From Octopus sinensis (Eukaryota), in assembly GCF_006345805.1 (NCBI RefSeq), contig NC_043002.1, forward strand, positions 54,684,001-54,748,000: 64,000 nucleotides of DNA. Direction: 5' to 3'. The notes under the pieces were generated by a model. The model searched no databases, had not been told where the DNA came from, and saw nothing but the letters and a program-made list of their open reading frames with translations. Positions 1 to 13,773 of the stretch are shown in pieces (position 1 is the stretch's first letter; every line of letters begins with the position of its first letter). A program made the position numbers and the translations under genes.

Positions 1-1273
1 CTGACGATTCTGCAACCTAGCCGACTTAATGTACTATAACACCACCAAACGAGCTGATAACACGGACAAGAAAAAAAACTATTATATATAAATCCTTCAA
101 CTCAGAGAAAAAAGTTTGAGCATCTGGAAGAATCTACTATTGAAAGATGCCTCGGGCCAATGTTAAACGAAATCAAATACTGGCAAGAGGTTCAAGGTTC
201 GCAACAATCGAAGCACGATTCGAGTCGGCTGAGAAGGCTAAGGACTTCTAGATTCGAATCGTGCAAAGCGGGAATATTCTACTTCTGCCCTTATATTTGG
301 GCAGAAGAACTTCTCGAATTAAAATAAAAAATATACCGCCAGAGGTGGGGGCGGCGTGGATTGCAGCTACTATTCTCTTCGGCCAGGAAGAAAAAAAATA
401 AATATTATCCAGTTCTCCAGAGACGCCCCGCAAACTCTGGAGATCTTGGTGCAGGCTTCTTTTGAAGATTTAGAAAGCCTCCCCGAGACACACATTGGGG
501 AATTCGATAAGAGTTTAAGTACGAACCAGACGAAGGAAATGCCTTCGAGGCTAACTATACTCACACTCCCTTCACAATATCCTGCCACTTATTGTATTTG
601 AACCCCAAGGGTATGTCCTGTCACTTGTCACCATCCATATCTCTCTTCCTTTACTCAACCATCCCATTTATATTCTGATCCCTGTTCCTTGTAAGTATGC
701 CCAGCATTTTGCCACCATCTCTATCCTGCGATCTGCCACTCTCTTCTTCCCTCAAGTTGGGTAACCATGTATTTCCTTTGTGGTAGTGCACATGTTTCTG
801 TCTTCATTCCTGATCTCTCTCTTTCTGGCTGAGTAACTTTGTACCTCCTCTACAGCAAGACACCTGTTTCTGTCTCACTATAACTCTTCATCATCCAACA
901 CAAGATCACCTCCGATAATGCCCCCTCCCCTCTCAAAAGAGCTTTCTTTTTGTCGTGCAAGTACTTGGTGACCCTGTCAGTGCAGGTGTCACTTAAAAGT
1001 ATCCAATCTACACTATTAAGTGGTTGGTGTTCAGAAGGGGCATCCAACTGTAAAAACCTTGCCAAAACTGACCTCACCTGTACATGTGCCACATAAAAAG
1101 CACTAAGTCCACTCTGCTGAGTGGTTGGTGTTAGGAAGGGCACCCAGCTGTAAAAAAAATCCTGCCAAAACAGTCACAGGTGCAGGCTTTTGCCTGGCTG
1201 GCTCGTGAAACCGTCCCACCCATGCTAGCATGGAAGGCGGATGTTAAACAATGATGATGATATATAGTATGTA

Positions 1274-1670
1274 TATATCTATATCTATATATAAATACAT
1301 AAAATTTATTTTTTCATAATGAGATAAATAAAACCAAGGCTGTGTGTGTTTCTTATTGAACATTTTCGGATTTTTGGAAGTTTTCCCAGAATCTAAGATG
1401 TGAAATTAATACATATTGTACACATTTATCTATATACATATTACATATTTACATTTCCCCAATCACCCTGCAAAGCCATTAAAAAAATCAATGGAAGTGG
1501 CTTTTTTGTGAATTTTCTATCCAAAACCCAATCAAAATGCCCGAAACTTGATACGCCAATTGAATGCCAGCTAGCCGTATGTGAATGGTCGGAGATTTGG
1601 ACAGTACTCGTGTGTATGTGCTAATGCATGCACTATCACTATGACCCGGCATTGCCGGTCATAGTGCTAG
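1274..1670 (-). mobile_element. Non-autonomous Helitron/Helentron-like element
   Basis: ACTAG terminus with a subterminal hairpin (gcactatgaccgg...ccgggtcatagtg) and a TATATAGAT end; related to the element at 1853. Confidence 0.5.
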
Positions 1671-1852
1671 TTATTATTATTAAGGTGGTGGGCTGGTAGA
1701 ATTGTTGGTACGCCAGGTAAAAGTGCTTAGCAGCATTTTGTCAGTCTTTATGTTCTGAGCTCAGTTTTGCCTTTTGTTCTTTCAAAGTTGATGTTAATCA
1801 ATTTATACCCTGAACTTGCTGGCCTTGCATCAAAATTTGAAACCATTATTAT

Positions 1853-2330
1853 ACTAGCACTATGACCCGGTGTTGTCTGGTCTAGTGCTAGTCAAGCATA
1901 TTTGGTCTTCCATGAAAATCCACTCTCTTGTCATTCACTTGGTCTAACTCGTTAATTATTCCCTCCATTTCTCAAATCAAAAAAGTGTGCACGTTTGAAA
2001 GCCAAAGAGGAGTGATACATAACAAAGGGAGGGAAATGCAGAGTTTTAAAGAGTTACTTCCCTTGCTATGGTTTAATATCTTTAGATTAAACTGCTGGAG
2101 TTACATCCCTTGTATTAAAGACTTTTGTTACCTGAAACATAAGGGTTCAGTTTATCGATTTTCTTTTATGGTTTTCAGGGGTAACTGGGGAAATGAAAAG
2201 ATCTTCACAACCACCCTTAGACAGTTTTGAATGACCATAGAAAGTGCAAGCCCTCTAACTGAAAAATTGTGGATTTGTATAAAGGATACACACACACAGA
2301 CATTTTGCCGTTTTATATATATATAGAGAT
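1853..2330 (+). mobile_element. Non-autonomous Helitron/Helentron-like element
   Basis: Starts actagcactatgacccgg...ggtctagtgctagt hairpin; ends ttttatatatatatagagat. Confidence 0.5.
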
Positions 2331-2416
2331 GACTTGCACATTCTTTGTTTTGTCCTGATGATAATGTTTTTCTTAATGTAAACCCTTGTGGTTAATAAAG
2401 AAATCATTATTATTAT

Positions 2417-2720
2417 AGATGCTGCACAATATACAATGTGATGAGGTTGTTGATTGAAGATATTGTATCTACCAGGGGTTTGTACTGTGTCAAGTCACAA
2501 CAAAGACCTCAGACAGTACTTTATGCAATATATGTGTAGTTCCAAGTAATGCAGACTTCTGCAATACATCTAGATTGTAGGGTATCTCTAAGGTTTTCAG
2601 ATGTTTTTTTCAGATTGGGTGGTACTGAACCCAATGCTCCGATGACAATAGGGTTAACTTTTATGTTCGACTCTCATAGCTGCCACATCTTAGCGATCTC
2701 AATTCTCAGGTCTCCATATT
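2417..2720 (-). mobile_element. 3' fragment of an RLE-type (R4/Dong-like) non-LTR retrotransposon
   Basis: Minus translation KYGDLRIEIAKMW...KVNPIVIGALGSVP...LQKSALLGTTHILHKVL; flanked by (ATT)n on both sides. Confidence 0.7.
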
Positions 2721-3479
2721 TATTATTATTTTTAAGGCAGCAAACTAGCAGCACCGTTAGCACACCAGGAGAAATGCTTAGCAGTATTTTGTCTGCTACT
2801 ACTTTCTGAATCCAAATTCTACCATGGTTGACTTTGCCTTTCATCCTTTTGAGGTTGATTAAATAAGTACCAGCTATGCACTGGAGTCGGTCCTATCAAC
2901 TTAATTCCTTCCCCCAAATTTGAGACCTTGCACTTCCAGATGAAAGGATTATTATTGTCGTTAAGCTATGAGATTGTGCTTTTTTTTTTTTTTTTCTATT
3001 CCTGGAGTGGGCAATGCATTGTTTTTCGTTTCATCTTGCATTTGTCCACTTAGCTGGCAAAAAGGAGTAATCCTGTGATGGGTTTGCATCTTGTCCAGGG
3101 GCAGGCTATATTTGACACAGAATCCAAGAAGCTGATTTTATGGCTTGGGAAGGACCGTTTTGAGGGCAAATCAAAAGCAGCACCCATCTTCTGGGAAGTC
3201 AGTCCTTTCTTTCTTCGCTTTGCAGGTTATTACTGAGTTTTTAAACCTGGATTATGTATCCTGTTGTTTATACTCTTTGGTCTCAACCTGACCTCTTGCA
3301 ATGAGAAGAAATGTAGTCTAGACAGAAAAGCTTTAATGGGTGCAACAGCAAATTAGAAAGCAGAAATGAAGTGCAACAAAGCATACTATACGTAAACAGA
3401 AAGATAGTTTATATAGCAGGGGAATGGAGGATGGGTCATCAATTAGTTGCAATAAAGGAGGACAGGTGCACTTGGCTGC

Positions 3480-4665
3480 CCTGCAAATTCAGGTAAACAA
3501 GATGGTGAAATTGTTCGTCACACTCTTGTTTTGCAGGTTATTTATTGACAGTTTTGAAAGTTAAATTTACTTTCAATAAATCAATGCAGCTGTGAAACTT
3601 CACAACAAATGCAACGGAAACCAATCGTTGGCCGAGGAATTTGATTTTAACTCACCTCAAGGAAGATACACTTTAAATTGTCAAAAAACTTGAAACAGAA
3701 TCAGTAGCCAAAAATGGCTACAAATGAAACGATGTCTGAATGTCAACAGAGACTGTGACGAGCTCCACCAAAAGTCAACTTATCATTTATCTCCACTGAT
3801 TGGAGTGCTCCAAACGTTATGCATATCCTTCAGCAGAAAAAAATGGAAGCCTTATATTTCATGCCCTTCATGATGGGGATGACGACCACTGTCTTCAATT
3901 TTGCAAGAGATCTCAGCTTACCTTGACAGAGACACAATGCTGGACAGAATCTGGTGGCCAGACGAGGCCCGTTTTAAGCTCAATAGCACAATTAACAGAC
4001 ACAGTTGTGCCTACTAGGTGAGGAGAATCCAAGAGTGATGCTTGATAGGGATGTGGACTTACCTGGTGTGACAGTTTGCGCAACTACATCTTTGTTAGAA
4101 ATTGGTCTCTTATACTTTGAGGGAGCTACCTGGATATACTACAAACCTTCTTTTGGCCCAGGGCACTATTATATAAGATAGCACCCCTCCTCATTATGGA
4201 TGACATATTTGTCAGTGACTTGATAAAACTTTCCTGGACAGTGGTCCTGCACACTACCCCAGACCTCACATTGGCAGATTTCTTTCTTTGGGGGACCTTT
4301 GTTGACTTTGTTTATTGCGAAAAGCTTTGTACTATCCAGGAATTGAAAGTTAAAATTACTGAAAAGTTTGAGGAAATTAAGTGAACTCTGCAAGTGTGTG
4401 TGTGTGTGTCACTCTGTGCTTGTTAGATTGCAATTGTGCATTGATCATGAAGGAAGACACTTTGAAAATGGCAAGTATAAGCCTGAATAAATTAATTAAT
4501 TTGAAAACACGTTTTTTATTTATTTCTCCCTTCTTGCACACTCTAATAACATAAATTGCAAACAAACAAACTGATAGCCAGAAAACAAGAATTACGAGTC
4601 AATAGTAGTCACACATATTAACCCTAAAACAGGAATTGGCCACTAGTTTTTACTCACCCTCTATG
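3480..4665 (+). mobile_element. Degenerate Tc1/mariner-superfamily DNA transposon
   Basis: Broken transposase motifs IWWPDEARFKLNSTINRH, QDSTPPHY and TPDLTLADFFLWG; TIR-like end ...tttactcaccctcta; left boundary approximate. Confidence 0.8.
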
Positions 4666-5954
4666 TGTGTGTGTGTGTATATATATAGAGAGATATATAA
4701 TCATCACTAGTGTTGGTGTCATGAATAAAATCATCCAATACACTCTGTAAAGTGGCTGAGCCATAGAAACCATGTAAAAACAGACATCAGAGCACAATGC
4801 AGTCCATGGGTTTTTTAATCTTTTAGTGTTTAATCTGGCTCAAAGATTCTGTTTTATGCTCAAACTAGTCAGATCTGGCCTCTCACACCTACATTATAAT
4901 GTCATTCTAGAAAGAAACCATCTCAAAGCTACAAGGTAATTCATGATTAATACAAAACAATGTGTAAAAAATAAACATTACATTTGACAGAGAAAGATGA
5001 ATGGTAAAGGGTTAAACCATCCAACTGATGCCAACATGAAACATAGACCTATGATGATGATGATGTCTGTAGACTATTGTTTGGAAAAAAAAAAGACATT
5101 GTTTATGACGATTTTTGTTTTTTAATTACAGGTCAAACTGGTAAAGTGTTTGCAGCACAAGTGGGTGAATTCATGAAAGCAGAAACTAAAGTTGGTAAGA
5201 AACTCTTGGAATTGTTGTCATTCAATGTCTGTATTTCATGTCTGCTTTGCACTGGACAGGTATATTTCCATTCTCATCTTGATTGTTTCATCCACAATGT
5301 GCAGACATTACATCTTCACAGACCACACACCAACAGAAGATTGTAACCCCTTCGCACATATACATAGCCATTTGTATACTCATTAAACAATGCTAAATAT
5401 AACGTTTGTGTCCAGAAAATTTGCTTTAAACTTTTTTTACAATAGGAAAATTTGTCACCCTAAAAGAGGCACAAAAGCAGACTGTAAACTAGAAAACTTA
5501 TTTTAAAGAAATTACCATTCTCTAATTGATAGGTTGAGGAAGTTGTCATTTTAAGAAAACTTATCTTTTTTTTTTAATGGCAAATTTTCCTACAGCAAAA
5601 ATGTTTACAGTGAGATTTCATCTAACGATATCTCTGTACCAAGCCTCTTCAGTTTGTATCCACAGTTGTTCAATTTACTCAAATATATTTCAGGTTGTGG
5701 AGCTGTGGTTAACCCCCACCACCACCACCCTTTTTTTTAAACCCATGGACTGCTTTGATTTCTATTTTATTTGGATGGATCTTCGTAGCCATTTGATGAT
5801 TAAAAAAATATCCTATTATATTTTTAGAATTAAATATTAAATTCAACTTAGGATGAAAGTCAAAGTTTGCTTTAGAAGAGTTGAGATGTATAGAACGATA
5901 CAGATAAGGAAAGAATTTTATTCTCAAACGCAGGATAATGCTAATACAATAGCA

Positions 5955-6102
5955 TGAAGAGGATAAACTATCCATATATTGCAGAAAGATTTGTTACTAG
6001 TCAGCCATGAGACTCGAACTCACATCCCAGGGATGTGAGTTTGAGTCTCATGGCTGACCAGTAACAAATTTTTTCTGCAATATATGGATAACTTATCTTT
6101 CA
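5955..6102. repeat. Near-perfect palindrome with arms of about 73 bp
   Basis: Symmetric about 6029 (cacatccc-a-gggatgtg). Confidence 0.9.
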
Positions 6103-6103
6103 A

Positions 6104-6480
6104 TCATCATCATTAACATCTGCTTTCCATGCTGGCATGGGTTGGACAGTTTCACTGTGGTTTGGCAAGCGAGAAGGCTGCACCAGTCTCCAATCTGATC
6201 TGGCAGTTTCTACAGCTGGATGCCCTTCCTAACGCCAACCATTCTGAGAATGTAGTGGGTGCTTTTACGTGCCACTGGCATGAGGGCCAGTCAGGCGGTA
6301 CAGGCATCAGCCATGCTGAAATGGTGCTTTTTACCTGCCACCTGCACAGGAGCCAGTCTGGCAACGACCATGCTTGAATGTTGCTTTTTACATGTCACTG
6401 GCATGGGTGCCAATCAGGCGGTACTGTCATCGACCACAACAGCGATTTCACTTGCCTCAACAGGTCTTTGCAAGCATAGT
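6104..6480 (-). mobile_element. (GAT)n-tailed SINE-like repeat family, representative copy
   Basis: Core GTGGTTGGCRTTAGGAAGGGCATCCAGCTGTAGAAA...CCCATGCCAGCATGGAAA plus (GAT)n. Other copies near 950-1260, 6585-6783, 16120-16440, 18615-18787, 24010-24275, 24590-24915, 28640-28935, 36680-36830, 37735-38005, 39945-40115, 49545-49868 and 51300-52045. Confidence 0.85.
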
Positions 6481-7199
6481 TTGTCAGCAATTGCTGATTT
6501 CCTTATTGCACACATCAGTCAGCGCTCTCTGGACACATTCCTTTACAGGTAATGAACTGCATATTAATGAGAAAATAGTTGTGGCTGTTACTGGTGTCAT
6601 CTAAGTGGTACGTAAAAGGCACCCATTACACTCTTGGAGTGGTTGACATTAGGAAGGGCATCCAGCCATAGAAAACCCATGCCAAATCAGACTGGAATTT
6701 GATGCAGCTCTCCAGCTTAGCAGTCCCGGTCAAACTGTCCACCCCATGCCAGCATGGAAAGCTGGATGCTAAATGATGATGAAGAATTGTATTTAAAAAA
6801 AAATTATTAAAAATATTTAGCGTGTTGTAGAAATATAACCAAATTATTGCACACAAATTTTAACAACAATAATCTTATGTGGACCCTATCAAAGTCTGCT
6901 GTTGCAGGCATGGTTACTTGGGATTTCCTTTAGCATCTGAAGTTGGCAGATATAAATCCCTGAAGTGTATTTGTTTTCATCCTGAAATTGGTAGAAGCAC
7001 CAAGTGTTCTATTTCCAATACATTCTAAAAAAGCAGATGAGATAAACATAAAATATAATTTATTTTTAAGCACCACTTGCTGAAATGCCAGTTAATTCAG
7101 GTGTGAGGCCATGGTGCCATTGCTTGCACTCTCTGTCTGGGGTAACTTGTCAAGCAGAATCCCAGTCTGTCCCCATCTCTGCAAGATAACCTCCTCATA

Positions 7200-7362
7200 G
7201 GCGCAGGAGTGGCTGTGTGGTAAGTAGCTTGCTAACCAACCACATGGTTCCGGGTTCAGTCCCACTGCATGGCATCTTGGGCAAGTGTCTTCTGCTATAG
7301 CCCCGGGCCGACCAATGCTTTGTGAGTGGATTTGGTAGACGGAAACTGAAAGAAGCCTGTCG

Positions 7363-7403
<41 letters not shown>

Positions 7404-7530
7404 ATATATGTTTGTGTGTCTGTGTTTTTCCCCCCACCATCGCTTGACAACTGATGCTGGTGTGTTTACGTCCCCGTCACTTAGTGGTTCGGCAAAAAGA
7501 GACCGATAGAATAAGTACTGGGCTGTAAAA
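7200..7530 (+). mobile_element. tRNA-derived SINE with CORE-like segment, near full length
   Basis: GGCGCAGGAGTGGCTGTGTGGTAAG head, B-box GGTTCAGTCCC, TTGGGCAAGTG core. Other copies near 12760-13100, 17860-17970, 35345-35480, 37325-37620, 41452-41810, 42115-42357, 43420-43770 and 50730-50885. Confidence 0.88.
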
Positions 7531-8660
7531 ATACATCTCAAATCTTGGCACAAGGCCAGCAATTTAGGGTCAGGGGTCAGGAGAGTAGCATGCTGGACTA
7601 ACCCCCTTCGTTTCCAAGCAGCCAAGTTACATTATTACATTAGTGACTAATGTTACGGAGTTTAATTTACTGTAATCACAATTTTTAACGCTCTCCTCCC
7701 CACTCCATCACTTTTCTTTTTAAAAAATAACAGCAACACAGAAGCAGTACAAACACCAAAAGGTAACATTTATCCTCACTTAAAAAGGAGAGGGGAATGT
7801 GTTGGGATACAGAATACTGCAACAGGTGACCATGAGAGAGAGAGGGAATCTCTTACCTTGGCCTTTGGTGCATAGAAACACTCATGTTCATATTGCTGCC
7901 ACTGCTGGAACTAGCAGGTCACATGATTTCAGCCTTCCTTGGCCTTGTCAATGGTAGACACCTAAAGCTAGAGATAGCAGTGATAGACATGGAATCTCAG
8001 TGTCTATTCAGGCACTGGCATTGCAAATAGCCAATGGACTTATTGATAGTTAATAGCAACAGGAGGAGGATTAATGCCAAAAGGTAATCGTTACGGCCCT
8101 CTTTTAAAAGTGGAGATAGTGCGTTAGAACACTTCTTGTTTCTATTAGGTTGGTGCATAATTGATGATTGTTTTATAATTTACAACAGTTTTATATCCTG
8201 CACCAACCCAATGTAACACAGCTAGGACTACGTTCCATTAACTATTTCTTCCCTGGAAGGTCTGAAGATACTACATCCCCAAACATCAAAGACAGACATC
8301 TCAGAACATGTATTGCAGATAACCACCAGACTGATCTGCCATCAAGCCACAGTTAATCTCCAGCTGCCATTGGGGCCCCACAGATGCGCTGTGGATTTTC
8401 TACAGCTACTATGATTGCCTCTGCTCTTCCTATCACGCAAGTCATATCTCCCTCCTTTCCTGCAAGTGCTAAAGGTTCCACAGGAACTTTAATGCCATCA
8501 GTCTCACATATGCAGGGTAGGGACTTGCATGCATTCCCATCACTTATAGCAGAAACCAATTCCAATAACTTAAATACAAAGTGTTGGCTGCCCTGCAATC
8601 AGTTGACCATCAATTTTGAACCCAATCATTTTCATTTCAAACCGATGTTATTGTAATCAA

Positions 8661-9042
8661 TACTAGCAGTATCGCCCGGCGTTGCTCGGGTTTGTAAGGG
8701 AAATAACTATATAAGCATTTTTAGAGAGTTATAGCCAAAAAATGCATTAAAAATGGGAAAAAAATGATAGTAAATTTTTTTTAAAAACATTGACTCATCA
8801 GACATTTTTAGAGAGTTACTTCCCTTATATAATAGCGAAAAAATGCATTAAAATCGAAAAAAAATGATGGTAAATTTTTTTTAAAATTGTAGACTCATGC
8901 TAATACCCAGAAGGGCTTGATATGAATCACGACTATAAGATACCTGGTTTTGGTTAAACTGCACCACAAAATGTGGGAGTAGTTAGGAATCTAAATCGTA
9001 GGAGACAGACAGACACACAACCTCTCTTTTATATATAAAGAT
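8661..9042 (+). mobile_element. Non-autonomous Helitron/Helentron-like element
   Basis: tactagcagtatcgcccggcgttgctcggg start, internal tandem duplication, ttttatatataaagat end. Confidence 0.55.
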
Positions 9043-9230
9043 TATCTGATGCCATTTGTGGATTTGTTTCCCGTAGTTAATGAGCTGATCCGTTCGAGCA
9101 GACTAAAAGTGGTGGTTTACAGTGGACAACTGGACCTTATTGTGGCAACCTTAGGTGAGTAGAACAACTGGTTTCCTTATTTATCCTGTTTACACTGAAT
9201 ATATTGTAATGTTTAGCATAATCAGATCAC

Positions 9231-9520
9231 ATCATCATCATTGTTCGACCATGGTCGAGACAATGGAATTTACCATGCTATGCCAGACTTCACGCTCCAT
9301 CATGGCATTATGGAGGTCCTGTTGCTGGATGCCTGTATCCCTGGAGATTACATCAGGGTAGGAGAGTGTGCGCCCTCTGGTATTGCGAGTAGATGGCTTC
9401 CAGAGGAGAAGAGTAGAAATTACCTCTTTTTCAGCTCTACAACAATGTCCAGCAAACTGGACTCTCCTACCTTTCACAAGAGATGACACAGGTGGTAGTT
9501 TCCCATATATTTGCATTTTG
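9231..9520 (-). mobile_element. 3' fragment of an RTE-like LINE
   Basis: ORF 9238..9540 RRVQFAGHCCR...LLLWKP...SYPDVISRDTG, followed by a (GAT)n tail. Confidence 0.75.
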
Positions 9521-12500
9521 GTTGGATGGTGAGGGGGCAAAAAAAAAAAAAAGTTTTTAATTCTTTATTTCAAAATATATTTTGTCGTCATTACACAATT
9601 AAAAAAAAAAAAAGCAGATGCCACAGAAATTTGCTTTTGTTAACTTTGGGGGGAAAAAAAAAAGTTGTCTGTAACCTTTACTCTTCCATACTGGCATCAT
9701 TATTTGGATGCTTTGACAGAGCCAGATGATTGTACTGAATGCCAATGTCTGCTATGGAATGGTTTCTGTGGCTGTATGCCCTTTGTAATACCAACCACTT
9801 CATAGAGTGCATTGGATGCTCTTTGTGGTACCAGCAGTTGCAAGGTCACCAAGACAAGACCCCTTGATTGAAGGGGAAGTGATTTTGTCTGGTGATGAGC
9901 AGTTAAAATTTGGTAGAGCAACAGGAATGAGAGGCATCATGATGATGATTGGAAAAGGGAAGAGGGCAGGTAAATTTGCAAAAATATTGCCAGGAATTTT
10001 GAAGACCAAACTAAGATAGCATGTTGAGGGATGCAGGATTAAGAAAAAACTCCAAAATCATTTCTATTAATTTCTGGTGTGAAATTAAAAATTGCCCCCC
10101 CCCCCTACAAAAAGAGCACCCAGAATACACTGTAAGGGCATCTATGGAGCACAATGTAAGCCCTGTGGATCACCAGATCCTGTCAAACTGTTCAACTCAT
10201 GCCAGCACAAAAAAGAAAAAAAAAGGGACCATTAAATAATGATTTTCATCTGATCTTGATGAAATTCGTTTTATATATCTCATTGAGCTCTGATACAGCA
10301 CCAGGTGTGTATTTACTATTTCTGGGGAAAAGTTTTAGTAAACTTGTACAATTTACATATGGAGAGGGAAAAAAACCCTTTCCATGTTGTGGCATCTTAG
10401 GCAAGTGTTTTTATATAGAAGCCAAAAGTTTGAATGAATTTGAGAGATGGAAACTGAAAGAAACTCACTGTTTATGTAGTGTGTGTTTGTTTTTCCTTAC
10501 CTTGACAATGCACAATAGTTGTAAATAAGAGTCACTGTCACACAAGTGGTGTCATTTTCAATTGACAGCTGTCATGTCTACCCAGCAACATTACTATAGA
10601 AAACTTTATATTAATGCTCAATATCACAGTAAACTGAACTAAAGCAGGTATATTGAGCTGCTGTTAGATGAATGAGTGAAATCCATTAATATTAAACCAA
10701 TATTTGTGCTGTTGTGCCAAAGTTTAATTGAAATTTTTCGAACAGGTACTGAAAAATGGGTGGATGATATGGACATTGCCATGGTCTTTAAAAACACCAA
10801 AAGAAGAATTCTTGTTGATCCAATCACATAAACTGTTATGGTATATAAAAGAAGCCTAAAAAATTTCTCATTCTACTGAATATTAAATGCAGGTCACATG
10901 GTAAATATTCACTTTTGTTTTTCATTGTATTTCGAGGTTTAAACATCACAATAAATTGATTACACACAAAATACAAATACAGCAAAATAGACTTTTACTG
11001 GTTTATTTACTTTTGTTTTCATACAAATGAATGCAGTGTACTTGTAGTAGTAGTAGTACACTTGAAAGGCAGGGAACAATCCAGATGGGCAACCATTTTG
11101 TAATTCATCTAAAGTATAGAGATCAACATTTGTTTTGTTTCAGCCAAATAATATGGTTGTCAGTGGGGTCCATTGATTAAAGCAAAGCCATTTTAATTAG
11201 CAGCAGCTCTTGCACAGTTAAAAACCAATTCCATTTTTCTCTTGTAGATTCCATCAGATAATCCAACTGGTGCATTGCAAATTAATTTTAGCTTGAGCTT
11301 AACAGAAATGTCAAGCCTAACAAGCCATCAAGACGGTCACTTCCAGGACCTGAGTATTTCGGAAGCATCTCAAACCTACTTTATTCTCCAGTGAAAATTG
11401 CCACAAATAAATGCGTCAAAGATTTTTTTTTTCTTCTTTGCTTTAATTATGAAAAATAGAATTCTGTTGCTTTTAATTGCAAAGCAGACCATCAGTGAGG
11501 ACATTAAAATCATTATAGATTCAAAAACACTAGAAATATTCTTAAATTACAAAAAACCCCAAATAACTTTCCTCAACTATTAGAATCCATAGCACTAAGT
11601 TCCTCAGTCTGGAGACAATAATAATACACTCCCAAAATAGATCTTTAGAAATTTTTAGGTACAAATTAACTTATTTTGAAATGAAAACAAATTCTTCCCA
11701 AATTTACGCACCAAATAAATGAACAGATAAACCAAATATTTAACATTCTCTCATTTGGCACTTCAGGCCACCAAATTTATAGCAGAGATGTTTGCTGATA
11801 TAGGAAAGAGATTTCATCCAATTAAACTCTTGATAATGGCAGTAAATAGGATAACGAGTGGCAAATGTTCCAAGAGAAGAAAATCAAAATTGTAATAAAT
11901 ATATATTGTCTAATGGAAAGGCACCAAATAAAACTTTTCAACCCATGGCCTGATGTACCTTTAAATATTATAATGCTGGAATGCTATAATGTTATGAGGA
12001 TTTCAATAAAAGTGAAAGCCCTTAAAGCAAAGCATCTACAGTTGAAGCAGACCCAGTTTGGTTGGTTGAAAAGATTTCTATGTAAGTACTGAACATACAC
12101 AGTGTGTGTTCCATAGACAATCTGTTAACAGTGGATGCAGGAGTGACAAACTTTAGAACTGATGAGTATTATGATTTCCTTTAAAACTTGGTAAGTTTCT
12201 GAATGTCAAAATGAAAAAATAATTTACAAGATTCCAAGAAAACAAAAAACTTATATATAAACACGCACACACACAAGAGAGAGCTAATAATAAGTGAGAG
12301 TAGAGAGATTGTGACAGGTTTAGTAATCCTATCACTTAATGTCTGTTGTCCATGCTGGCATGGGTTGGCTGGTAAGCTGAGGGGCTGCACCAGACACCAG
12401 CTGGATGCCCTTCTTAATGCCAACCACTTAGTGTAAAGTGAGCTTTTATGTGCCATGGCTATGATTTCACTTGGCTTGATGCATCTTCTCAAGCACAGTA

Positions 12501-13773
12501 TATCGACAAAGATCTTAGTCATTTGTCATTGCCTCCGTGAAGCCCAATGCTCAAAAGGTGCTTTTTATGTGCCAGTTACACAACACTGGCCACATTGCCT
12601 CTGTGAGGCTTCCAAGGTTCTGCCTTGTCTGGCAGTCATTAAAAGAGATAATTAGAGAGAGCAAAAAAAAAGTAAGAAAAGATAAGAGTTTGGTGTGTAA
12701 ACCCCAAAGTTTGAAAATATAAAATGATGCAACAATATGTAAAGAGTGAACAATTTGTCTTCTATTTCAATCATTTGGCTGTGGCCCTGCTAGGGCACTG
12801 CTTTCAATTTTTAGTTGAATGATTCAACCCCAGTATTTTTGTTTTTTTGAAAGCCTGGTTCTTATTCTATTGGTTTCTTGCCAAACTGCAAAGTTATGAG
12901 GGATGTAAACATACCAATGCTGGTTGTGAAGTGGTCTTGGGGGACAAAAAACATACACAAACACACGCCAACCTTATTGCAGTTTCTATCTACCAAATCC
13001 ACTCACAAGGTTCAGTAGTAGAAGACGCTTGACCCAAGGTACCACATAAGTTGGACTAAATCTGATACCATGTGGTTTCAAAACAAAGCCACACTTGCGT
13101 CCCCCCCTACACACGAAGTAGCCAGTCCAGCAAATCCTTCCCCTTTCTCCAATTCATCATTAACAAATCCTAAACAAGAATTAATGTGTGTGTGTATCCT
13201 CACACACAAATAAAAGATATTTCCATCACAAACGACAAGTGTGAAAACCAACTAATAATCTCCATAAGACATGGAACCATTTGGTCAGACCAAGACTTTT
13301 TACTGTCCACTTCTGCCCCGTTTCCAATTGACTAAACCATTTAGAAGAACCTACTAAAAGAGCTACTTTTATCCAACAAAAAAAAACAAAAAAAAAACGC
13401 AAAACCTCTACAAATTAAACAATAATGACCAGTTTTTATTTTCTTCATCGATGGAACCAGGAGGTGTCCAATTTAATGTTTTCTCTACTTCAAGATTCTT
13501 TTGGATATTTCAGCAATCACTATTTGAAGAGAATCCAAAATTTCAAAGAGAACTAATCAACCAGATGCACAGAACAGAAAACTTTAGATGTGATTGAAAC
13601 ATCATTAAAAGTTTAGTTATTTAAAAAAATGTTTCCATACCAAAACACAAAACGAAATACACTATGGTTATTTCTACGAAAAGCAACAATGAATGTCATT
13701 GGTGAGGGGAGGGGGGTTTAACGTTTCACTTAGGTTACAAAGAAGAAGAAAAAACAGGGAAAAGCAGACTTAC

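Larger units (their letters stand above)
5132..11394 (+). pseudogene. SCPEP1: 3' part of a serine carboxypeptidase S10 (SCPEP1/RISC-like) gene with premature stops; upstream exons not found in this window
   Basis: Exons 5132-5194 (GQTGKVFAAQVGEFMK), 9077-9154 (VNELIRSSRLKVVVYSGQLDLIVATLG, catalytic Asp motif), 10746-10900 (TEKWVDD...KNFSFY*ILNAGHM, catalytic His motif) and 11248-11394 (IPSDNPTGALQ...). Splice sites are canonical and phases consistent. In-frame TAA at 10829-10831 and TGA at 10877-10879. Confidence 0.85.

Noticed and set aside
1-560. CpG-containing block that may be a retroelement ORF remnant
   Set aside because: No diagnostic motif recognised; no SCPEP1 exon found here
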